From a virus: a stretch of DNA of 39,538 nt. Positions 7,886 to 14,202 of this stretch are shown in pieces. The DNA lies in IMG/VR virus record IMGVR_UViG_3300042922_000233, positions 1-39,538 of that record; one strand, 5' to 3'. Below the pieces are notes generated by a model. The model was not told where the DNA came from. It made no database searches and was given only the letters and a program-made list of their open reading frames with translations. The position numbers and the translations under genes are program-made. Each line of letters starts with the position of its first letter. Position 1 is the first letter of the stretch.

Positions 7886-7914
7886 TTGCAAATAATAAAC
7901 TTTTTTGATATTAT
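7886..7914 (+). promoter_or_regulatory. Rightward repressor/integrase promoter (TTGCAA-17-TATTAT)
   Basis: TTGCAA at 7886-7891, a 17-nt spacer, and TATTAT at 7909-7914. It sits back-to-back with the leftward promoter. Confidence 0.5.
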
Positions 7915-7963
7915 TGTAACAGAATAAGAAACGATACTAAATGAAGAGAAGGAGTTATATAAA

Positions 7964-8281
7964 ATGAACGAGTTTGGAAAACGTCTTAAAATGTTAAGGG
8001 ATGATCGCGATTTATCCATGTCAAAGTTGGCGGAAGCGGTTGGGTCAACCAAATCAGCCCTTTCTAGATATGAAAATGGTACCATGGATCCCGGCCTTAA
8101 GGTGTTAATTAAACTCGCTGACTACTTCGGTGTTACTTTGGACTGGATTGCTGGTAACGGCGATATAAACGATGTTCAATATTCAGACAAAGAAAAGTAC
8201 TTCGCTGCTATAAATGAATGTATTAAGGAAGAAATTAGTCCGGATAAACTAGTACAAATTATAAAAATAATAAAAGGATAG
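7964..8281 (+). CDS. CI-like XRE-family HTH repressor
   Basis: 105 aa. LKMLRDDRDLSMSKLAEAVGSTKSALSRYENG is a classic XRE HTH. GGAG lies upstream, and the gene is upstream of the integrase. Confidence 0.75.
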   Translation: MNEFGKRLKMLRDDRDLSMSKLAEAVGSTKSALSRYENGTMDPGLKVLIKLADYFGVTLDWIAGNGDINDVQYSDKEKYFAAINECIKEEISPDKLVQIIKIIKG

Positions 8282-8285
8282 GGGG

Positions 8286-8483
8286 ATGTATATGAAGCTT
8301 ACATGTTATCACCGGAAACACGACGGAAAATGGCTGGGAATTATTGATGTTGGAAAAAATAATTTCGGAAAACGGATTAGGGTTATAAAGTATGGAAATT
8401 CCAAAGCAGAAGTTGAGGCATTAGCAGAATCAACAATGAATGAGATTAATAATAATCATCATGCACCAAAAACGCAATTATAA
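8286..8483 (+). CDS. Stand-alone integrase arm-type (AP2-like) DNA-binding domain paralogue; possible directionality/regulatory factor
   Basis: 65 aa. YHRKHDGKWLGIIDVGKNNFGKRIRVIKYGNSKAEVEA aligns with the integrase N-terminus YQRESDGKWVGAIENGKKPNGQRNRIVRYGKTKKEVEA. The start may be the ATG at 8292. Confidence 0.6.
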   Translation: MYMKLTCYHRKHDGKWLGIIDVGKNNFGKRIRVIKYGNSKAEVEALAESTMNEINNNHHAPKTQL

Positions 8484-8527
8484 TACGCATTAATAATCAA
8501 ACTAAATGTGATGAAGTAGGTGATTAA

Positions 8528-9694
8528 ATGGATGCAACTTATTATCAGAGAGAATCTGACGGGAAATGGGTTGGGGCAATAGAAAACGGTAAAAAGCCCA
8601 ATGGGCAAAGAAACCGTATTGTTAGATATGGGAAAACAAAAAAAGAAGTTGAGGCTAAGATTAATGTAATACTATACGAACTGCAAACAGGTCAGTACAT
8701 TGCACCTGTTAAAGATACATTTATTGGGTATCTTAATGAATACTATAAAATATCTATTGATAATTGGGAAGATACAACCGCTGATTTATACCGCATGTAT
8801 ATTGATGTTCATTTTGCTCCATATTTCAAAGACATGAAGCTCATAGATATAAAACCTATAACTCTGGATACCTTTTATAACTACAAAATGAAAGAACCAA
8901 GGAAATACATCGTGATGATTAAGGGAAAACCAAAAGATAAACTGGCGAAACCTTTAAGCATCAATACTGCAAGAAAATTAAATTCATTTATAAAGTCCGC
9001 ATTTAAATATGCGGTTGTTAATGAATTGATAAAAAGTAACCCTGCTGAAAAAGTAAAACTTGGCAAAAAGACTAAGTATCTTCCGACTGTTTATAATGAA
9101 GAACAGTTTCTAAAGCTTTTGGACTATGTATTTGGTTCTGATGATGAAATACCTATAATACTTGGTGGAGGCTGCGGTTTAAGAAGGGGAGAAATATTTG
9201 GCCTTTACTGGAGAAATATCGATTTAGTAACTGGTTATATAACTATTAAACAAACAGCGGTAAGATTTAAGAAAAATCTAGAAAAGGATCCTAAAAATGA
9301 TAGCAGCGTGAGATCATTTAAGATTCCAAAATATGTGCTAGAAACTTTAATATATTATAAAAAGAAGTATAACGGAAAAGCAAATCAAAAAGTTATTACA
9401 AGGTGGAAGCCTGGAAGTTATTCTGAACGTTTCGGAAAATTACTATTGAAATTCGATTTACCTCATATCAGGCTGCATGATTTAAGACACTATAATGCAG
9501 TGATTATGTGTAAATATGGTGTATCTGATAAAGTCGCAGCCGAACGTCTAGGGCATTCACAAGTCAGTACTCTTAGAAATGTATATCAGCATGTTTTGCA
9601 AGATATGGATCAGACAGCTGCCGACGAAATTGACGCAATGTTTTTAAAACAAAAAGAAAAGGATGACAAAAAGGCGGCTTTTAAAATCGTGTAG
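8528..9694 (+). CDS. int: Tyrosine recombinase (phage integrase)
   Basis: 388 aa. It has an arm-binding N-terminus, GLRRGE (Arg), HDLRH (HxxR), and GHSQVSTLRNVYQHV (His...Tyr). Confidence 0.9.
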   Translation: MDATYYQRESDGKWVGAIENGKKPNGQRNRIVRYGKTKKEVEAKINVILYELQTGQYIAPVKDTFIGYLNEYYKISIDNWEDTTADLYRMYIDVHFAPYFKDMKLIDIKPITLDTFYNYKMKEPRKYIVMIKGKPKDKLAKPLSINTARKLNSFIKSAFKYAVVNELIKSNPAEKVKLGKKTKYLPTVYNEEQFLKLLDYVFGSDDEIPIILGGGCGLRRGEIFGLYWRNIDLVTGYITIKQTAVRFKKNLEKDPKNDSSVRSFKIPKYVLETLIYYKKKYNGKANQKVITRWKPGSYSERFGKLLLKFDLPHIRLHDLRHYNAVIMCKYGVSDKVAAERLGHSQVSTLRNVYQHVLQDMDQTAADEIDAMFLKQKEKDDKKAAFKIV

Positions 9695-9725
9695 CCACGA
9701 AAAATGTAGCCATAAAATGTAGCCA
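9690..9725 (+). repeat. Three direct (A)TGTAGCCA repeats (9690-9697, 9704-9712, 9717-9725): putative integrase arm-type sites, P arm
   Basis: Exact repeats spaced about 13 bp apart. The first overlaps the int stop codon. Confidence 0.6.
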
Positions 9726-9847
9726 TTGAGATTTTTTTATTTTAAATTTGGGTTTCGTATAGTGAACTTGTTTGTATATATCACACCCACAAACCCACTA
9801 AACACAGATACTTCGTTACGTATCAGCAACTCCAGGGATATTACTAG

Positions 9848-9904
9848 CTAGATTCAGGTTCTAGTCCGGGTAACTGGGTAGGGGTTCAAGTCCCCTCAAC
9901 TGCA
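9848..9904 (+). other. attP core: 3' portion of a tRNA-Leu(CAG) (anticodon arm, long variable arm, T-arm, 3' acceptor strand)
   Basis: Anticodon arm CTAGA-TTCAGGT-TCTAG (U33, anticodon CAG, G37). Variable arm CCGG-GTAA-CTGG. T-arm AGGGG-TTCAAGT-CCCCT. Then CAACTGC plus A. No matching 5' acceptor strand (GCAGTTG) or D-arm lies upstream, so this is a fragment rather than a gene. Confidence 0.7.
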
Positions 9905-9945
9905 TTAAGGGTTTTGGCACTGTTTCGGAAAGTGAACATTTCACT

Positions 9946-9966
9946 ATGTAGCCAAAAATGTAGCCA
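9946..9966 (+). repeat. Two direct ATGTAGCCA repeats (9946-9954, 9958-9966): putative arm-type sites, P' arm
   Basis: Exact 9-mers in the same orientation as the left cluster. Confidence 0.6.
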
Positions 9967-9992
9967 AGGATTTTTAAGTCCTTGGCTTTTTT
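9963..9992 (+). terminator. Intrinsic terminator (GCCAAGGA-8 nt loop-TCCTTGGC followed by TTTTTT)
   Basis: Perfect 8-bp stem followed by a T-run. It lies between the int/attP region and the convergent gene. Confidence 0.65.
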
Positions 9993-9994
9993 AT

Positions 9995-10240
9995 TTACAT
10001 AACTGATAATATCATGTTTAAAGCATCTTTAAATCCTTTTTTATAACAGACTATTTCCGCAATGCCTTGAAGCTCACACGGATCAGTGTCCACGCTTTCA
10101 AGCTCTCTGTATTTATCGCTATCAAGTAAAGCTTTCTCGCATCTCTTTGCAACAAATTCGAAAATCTCATTTTCTAAATCATTGTTTCCCTCATTGTTTC
10201 TTTTGAAAGCTTCCATCATTTTGACCATCATTACTTCCAT
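9995..10240 (-). CDS. Hypothetical helical protein (81 aa), autonomous cassette
   Basis: GGGAGG lies 7 nt before the ATG at 10240 (MEVMMVKMMEAFK...). The cassette has its own promoter at 10296-10324. Confidence 0.55.
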   Translation of the reverse strand: MEVMMVKMMEAFKRNNEGNNDLENEIFEFVAKRCEKALLDSDKYRELESVDTDPCELQGIAEIVCYKKGFKDALNMILSVM

Positions 10241-10295
10241 GCATTTTCCTCCCAATACAATATCCATGCGTTTATGTAGCAGTGAAATTAATTAA

Positions 10296-10324
10296 ATTAT
10301 ATCAGAACATACGTTCTAAATCAA
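10296..10324 (-). promoter_or_regulatory. Promoter TTGATT-17-TATAAT with palindrome AGAAC-ATAC-GTTCT in the spacer
   Basis: Read on the minus strand. The palindrome occupies 10304-10317. Confidence 0.55.
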
Positions 10325-10406
10325 TGCTCTATTTATTTTTACACAGACTTCACCTGTGATTTGTTTGATTAGATTTATAACAATACAAATATTTGATTTT
10401 AAGCAT

Positions 10407-10496
10407 AAAAAACCCCGCTACTCTACGAAAAAATAAACAAAATTAATAAACGCTATTAAGCGTACAATTTGACTTATTTATTGTAGAGTAGCGGGG
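10407..10496 (-). terminator. Long hairpin: perfect 14-bp stem (CCCCGCTACTCTAC / GTAGAGTAGCGGGG), 56-nt loop, then T6 on the minus strand
   Basis: Stem arms at 10413-10426 and 10483-10496. The A6 run at 10407-10412 gives a T-run on the minus strand. It lies about 90 nt downstream of the HTH ORF stop. Confidence 0.55.
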
Positions 10497-10588
10497 TGGG
10501 GACCCGAATAAAGTAGCCATAAAATCGGCTTACTATATTTATATCAGAAATAAAATAAAAATCAATAGCAATTGCATGCATGCAATAA

Positions 10589-10825
10589 TTACACGAATTT
10601 TACATTTTTCCAATTAGTTTCAAAGACCTCTTTCATCTCCCTTTCAAGCCCGTCACATATTTTCATCATGGTAATTTGGTTGGGTATGCTCACACCTCTA
10701 ACAATGCGACTCACCTCGCTTTCACTTACACCTGATAATATAGATATCTCTTTGACGGATCTATCTTCATCTATAATGATTTGGTCTAAGCTATTAAGTG
10801 ACTTTATATCAACCTTGTATTCGAT
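10589..10825 (-). CDS. XRE-like HTH protein (78 codons) with no ATG/GTG/TTG start; absent from the ORF track
   Basis: The open frame IEYKVDIKSLNSLDQIIIDEDRSVKEISILSGVSESEVSRIVRGVSIPNQITMMKICDGLEREMKEVFETNWKNVKFV* contains a clear HTH. AAGGGGGA lies 6 nt before an in-frame ATC. The nearest upstream in-frame stop is 24 codons away, with only CTG/ATT/ATA candidates in between. Confidence 0.5.
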   Translation of the reverse strand: MEYKVDIKSLNSLDQIIIDEDRSVKEISILSGVSESEVSRIVRGVSIPNQITMMKICDGLEREMKEVFETNWKNVKFV

Positions 10826-11138
10826 ATAACTTCCCCCTTTTTTCTTGTATTTTCGTGACAGCGATATAAGTATTTTAATATATAAATTATACAGTTAAAA
10901 GCAAATATTGAATGTATTTTCTGATTATACATGGTATATAATGGTATATTTGTAACTACAATCTAATATGATACTTTATTTTACATATTTATTAATTTAT
11001 TTCTAAATATAATATATTTTTTACTATTATCATTCATTATATTAATACACTTATATTTTTATTAATAATCAATAAATGTTGCAAAGCGAACTTGATTAAT
11101 GATTTTTTCATATGCTATCGTATCTCTGAGGTGTAATC

Positions 11139-11435
11139 ATGGGATATAATAGTGAAAAAATAGGGCATAGAATATTCACGGCAAGAAACCACGCTGGCAT
11201 GAAACAATCTACTTTGAGCGATATAGCCGGGATTAGCCAGGCATCATTGTCTAATGCAGAGAATGGGGTTTTTAATTTACGGGTAGCAACCATATATAAA
11301 ATAGCCGAAGCTCTTGGGGTATCTGTTTCATGGATTTTAGGGGAGGACGGAAGCTTTGGCAATCTTGATATGAATGACGAAGAGATGCTTGAACTAAAGA
11401 AATATGCAGACTACATAATTAGCAAGAGAAAATAA
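11139..11435 (+). CDS. XRE-family HTH regulator (98 aa)
   Basis: MKQSTLSDIAGISQASLSNAENG is an HTH. The C-terminal EEMLELKKYADYII tail is typical of small Gram-positive mobile-element repressors. Confidence 0.7.
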   Translation: MGYNSEKIGHRIFTARNHAGMKQSTLSDIAGISQASLSNAENGVFNLRVATIYKIAEALGVSVSWILGEDGSFGNLDMNDEEMLELKKYADYIISKRK

Positions 11436-11646
11436 GCTTTTATCCACATGGATTTAGGCTTTTATGCACTTTGTACACAACTATTGTAATTTATCTCCTT
11501 TATGCCAACTATACAAAATATACCGGTCAGGTTATAATAAAGGAGTCTTGGAGAGACAGTTGGTATTATTGGATGTAATAGATATTAAAGAACGGACGGG
11601 AACCCTGTGCTGCTGCATGGGGTTTTCGATATTAAGGAGAATGATA

Positions 11647-11883
11647 ATGAATACACCTATAGCTGTAAAAGCCGCCTTTTCCATCACGGGAGAAGTGAAA
11701 CCACTGTACGTGCAATTAGAGGATGAAGTATTTAAAATACATGAAATAGAGTACAGCAAAGAAGAAATCTATGTTGGTATAGCAACTATCTTGTTTTGCT
11801 GTTATATAGAGCGGAATGGCCAGCCGGAAAGGATTAAGATTAGGTTCCATCGTAATACAACACAATGGGTATTGATAAAATAG
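11647..11883 (+). CDS. Hypothetical protein (78 aa)
   Basis: AAGGAGA lies 6 nt before the ATG at 11647. The longer track ORF (from 11464) has no RBS and a non-protein-like N-terminus. Confidence 0.5.
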   Translation: MNTPIAVKAAFSITGEVKPLYVQLEDEVFKIHEIEYSKEEIYVGIATILFCCYIERNGQPERIKIRFHRNTTQWVLIK

Positions 11884-11886
11884 CCC

Positions 11887-11913
11887 CGGTCATTACTGGC
11901 CGAGGTTATTTTT
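11887..11913 (+). terminator. Possible terminator (CGGTCA-TTAC-TGGCCG, then T-rich tract)
   Basis: 6-bp stem with one G-U pair, followed by aggTTATTTTT. Confidence 0.35.
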
Positions 11914-12094
11914 ATAATCTGGATATCTTCTCTTCTATTGCCTCAATAAAATATTGGTTTAGGCTCACGCCTGCTTCTTCTGCAGCTTCTCTATAACGCT
12001 TCATGTCTTCTTTGGGAGCCCTAACCTTTGTTTCTCCAATATTGTCTAAATATTTCTTAACGGCTCTTGCTTGTGCCTCTGTATATTTTCCCAT
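11912..12094 (-). CDS. Ribbon-helix-helix (Arc/CopG-like) DNA-binding protein
   Basis: 60 aa. TKVRAPKEDMKRYREAAEEAGVSLNQYFIEAIEEKI fits a beta-strand/helix/helix RHH pattern, including the SLNQYI..AI signature. Confidence 0.6.
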   Translation of the reverse strand: MGKYTEAQARAVKKYLDNIGETKVRAPKEDMKRYREAAEEAGVSLNQYFIEAIEEKISRL

Positions 12095-12129
12095 AAGCTC
12101 ACTCCTTTTTTATAGTATATCAAATACGT

Positions 12130-12209
12130 ATCTATGGGTATATATATAATATTCACAATCTATGGGGATATATTTTGTGAAATATACCTATTGTATCTAT
12201 GGGTATATA
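12130..12209. promoter_or_regulatory. Three direct 15-bp repeats ATCTATGGG(T/G)ATATA (12130-12144, 12158-12172, 12195-12209): putative RHH operators
   Basis: Copies 1 and 3 are identical and copy 2 differs at one base. They lie in the divergent intergenic region, and copy 3 fills the spacer of the rightward promoter. Confidence 0.6.
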
Positions 12210-12219
12210 GATATATAAT
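12191..12219 (+). promoter_or_regulatory. Promoter TTGTAT-17-TATAAT for the three-gene orphan operon
   Basis: TTGTAT at 12191-12196 and TATAAT at 12214-12219. Confidence 0.5.
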
Positions 12220-12261
12220 AACATCATAAGGAACAGCAAATAACAAATGGAGGTTGAGGAT

Positions 12262-12459
12262 ATGAAGTATATTGGAATGGTAAGATTTTCAGCTACACTT
12301 AAACAGGGACATAATATCAATATGTGTAGCACTCAAACAGTTGAAGCAAACGACAGAGAAGAAGCGATTAGTAAGATTAAAGAAATTATAAAAAACAAAT
12401 ATAGCGATGCTGAGTTTCCGTCTTATAAACCATTTTCTTATTGTAAACCAGTTAAATAA
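12262..12459 (+). CDS. Hypothetical protein (65 aa)
   Basis: GGAGG lies 8 nt before the ATG at 12262. Confidence 0.5.
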   Translation: MKYIGMVRFSATLKQGHNINMCSTQTVEANDREEAISKIKEIIKNKYSDAEFPSYKPFSYCKPVK

Positions 12460-12504
12460 TCACATGGTTTCCGGTCATCCTTAAACCGGAGAAAGGAGGC
12501 ATCA

Positions 12505-12699
12505 ATGAAATATTTTGAAGTACTTTATAAAAACTGCATAGGAACAAATCTTATAGCATTAGTCGCAACTCAACATGAGAATCCAACAATACCAACTGTA
12601 GCCTTTGACTTCGGATGGAATGGTAACCGGATTATAGATTATAAAGAAACAGATTTCAGCAGCTATAGAGCCAATAGCAAAAGATTTTTCAAAGCATAA
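12505..12699 (+). CDS. Hypothetical protein (64 aa)
   Basis: GAAAGGAGG lies 6 nt before the ATG. Confidence 0.55.
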   Translation: MKYFEVLYKNCIGTNLIALVATQHENPTIPTVAFDFGWNGNRIIDYKETDFSSYRANSKRFFKA

Positions 12700-12735
12700 A
12701 CTTTGGCACCAGCAAGGGCAGGAAGGAAGGGTTTT

Positions 12736-12939
12736 ATGAAAGTTAAAGATCTATTAGCGGTTATACAAGATGATGAGACAGTCTGCATTGAAAACAAAGA
12801 ATATGAGTGTCTTGAAATAAATGGTAAAAAGTACTTAAGTAATAGGTTTATGGAAAATGATGTTGCCTGCTGCTTCGGAGAAAGATACAAAGCGTTATGC
12901 ACTATCGGAACAACAATCATTATAAATATCCCCGTCTGA
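12736..12939 (+). CDS. Hypothetical Cys-rich protein (67 aa)
   Basis: AGGAAGGAAGG precedes the ATG at 12736. The protein has 6 Cys. Confidence 0.5.
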   Translation: MKVKDLLAVIQDDETVCIENKEYECLEINGKKYLSNRFMENDVACCFGERYKALCTIGTTIIINIPV

Positions 12940-12951
12940 TGATGGCTGTCT

Positions 12952-13029
12952 GGGCGGCAGTCGAAACCTCCACAAGGGAGGTCACGGGAACCCGTCGGCT
13001 TAGTGGGAAATCGCCGCCACTTTTATTAT
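12952..13029 (+). terminator. GC-rich multi-hairpin element ending in a T-tract (complex terminator or small structured RNA)
   Basis: The outer stem GGCGGC (12953-12958) / GCCGCC (13013-13018) encloses ACCTCC-ACAAG-GGAGGT and ACGG-GAAC-CCGT hairpins. It is followed by ACTTTTATTAT. Confidence 0.45.
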
Positions 13030-13101
13030 AGATTGTACTTTGATAATTGGATAGGCTCCCTTACCTCGTATTTAAGCCAGAGAGCCTTTATATTGTTGTG
13101 G

Positions 13102-13761
13102 TCAAGCTAATTTACCAAGTAATGCCTTTAAAGCCGTAGAACCGAGAGACCCACTGGTTACATCACTATACTTTCTACTTGCTCGGAATGCATTAACAGC
13201 CGCTATAGTTCCATTACCCCATAATCCATCTACTTTAATTCCTAAAGCTGTCTGGATTGCTTTCGTGACATATGTAGTAGTATGCTTCGAATCAAATACC
13301 GCCTTGAAGTCTCCATTAACTTGAAAATGAGGACTATCCGGTGTGGTTTTCCAGTTAGCTCCCGGCTCAAATCCATATTTCTGCATCGTCTTGATGATGA
13401 TCTGAGTCTGAGGGTCTTTAGTATTATAAATAGCTGTCATTTTACCCTTTACTAGTCGTTGGGGTACTACGTCCACGGCCTTACGCTGGATATGTATGCT
13501 ATCAAGGGTCCATGTCTTTTTACCTACTGATGTATTACAGTATGCTTTTGCAAACACACTACCAATTCCTTTGGTTGTACACTCAGCTATCGTGCGTCCC
13601 TGGCAGTATAAATAATGCTGTCTATCTAAAGGCCTGTATGTCTCCGTTACAAGAGGATTTACGCCTTGCTTGCGGATATCAGCCAAAGCCAGATCGAGCA
13701 TTATACGCACTAATACATTTAATTCTGTTACATCTCTGCAGCTTACCGTAACATTACTCAT
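13102..13761 (-). CDS. Endolysin: M15 (VanY/L-Ala-D-Glu peptidase-like) zinc peptidase with C-terminal PG_binding_1 domain
   Basis: 219 aa. TETYRPLDRQ, SIHIQRKAVDV (SxHxxxxAxD) and DSPHFQ are present. The C-terminal LGIKVDGLWGNGTIAAVNAF is a peptidoglycan-binding repeat. The gene overlaps the holin stop. Confidence 0.8.
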   Translation of the reverse strand: MSNVTVSCRDVTELNVLVRIMLDLALADIRKQGVNPLVTETYRPLDRQHYLYCQGRTIAECTTKGIGSVFAKAYCNTSVGKKTWTLDSIHIQRKAVDVVPQRLVKGKMTAIYNTKDPQTQIIIKTMQKYGFEPGANWKTTPDSPHFQVNGDFKAVFDSKHTTTYVTKAIQTALGIKVDGLWGNGTIAAVNAFRASRKYSDVTSGSLGSTALKALLGKLA

Positions 13762-14189
13762 TTGGTGCCCTCCTCCGCTTTGCTCTTCAACACATCAATG
13801 GCATTCTTTAATATCTTAGGATAATCAATCCCCATTAATCCTCCATTCTCTAAAATAGATACTGCTTCGTTCGCCGCGAATCCTATAACCACCGTATTAC
13901 GCACAATCTCAGTACCAGTAAGCTTATCTATCTGAGCAGCTACAAGAACATAGAGCAGGATCATGCATTTCTTACACAATCCCTTGAATCCTGCCCTGCT
14001 TTCTAACGCTCCGTTCTCTGTTTTAGTTGATTTCTTAAACACCCCGGCTACAACAAGCCCAGTTATGTAATCAACCGCCATGAAGATAATTAAAGTCTGC
14101 AATGCTAAGTCCCACCCCCCAAGCGCCTGCGCTATGATACTGCCAATTAGTCCGAATACTCCGAATATTGCATTATGTTTCATAATCAA
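13758..14189 (-). CDS. Holin (TcdE / phage_holin_4-like, 3 TM)
   Basis: 143 aa. FMAVDYITGLVVAG...GFKGLCKK is the family signature. It lies immediately upstream of the endolysin. Confidence 0.8.
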   Translation of the reverse strand: MIMKHNAIFGVFGLIGSIIAQALGGWDLALQTLIIFMAVDYITGLVVAGVFKKSTKTENGALESRAGFKGLCKKCMILLYVLVAAQIDKLTGTEIVRNTVVIGFAANEAVSILENGGLMGIDYPKILKNAIDVLKSKAEEGTK

Positions 14190-14202
14190 TCTTTCCTTTC
14201 TG

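Noticed and set aside
9759-9767. The 9-mer ATAGTGAAC near attP matches part of the 17-bp operator (reverse strand). An AGTGAA-CAT-TTCACT palindrome lies at 9931-9946.
   Set aside because: This is a single short match in AT-rich DNA and could be chance. No second half-site or spacing pattern links it to the switch.
9780-9904. A complete phage-encoded tRNA gene
   Set aside because: Only the anticodon arm through the 3' acceptor strand is present. No 5' acceptor strand (GCAGTTG) or D-arm exists upstream, so this is an attP core fragment.
11464-11646. N-terminal 61 codons of the track ORF 11464-11883
   Set aside because: There is no RBS at 11464, the composition is odd (Cys/Leu-rich), and the stretch contains promoter-like and hairpin elements. 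A strong AAGGAGA precedes the internal ATG at 11647.
13031-13101. Hairpin AGGCTC-24 nt-GAGCCT downstream of the endolysin
   Set aside because: The stem is short, the loop is large, and there is no T-run on the endolysin strand. It is not convincing as a terminator.
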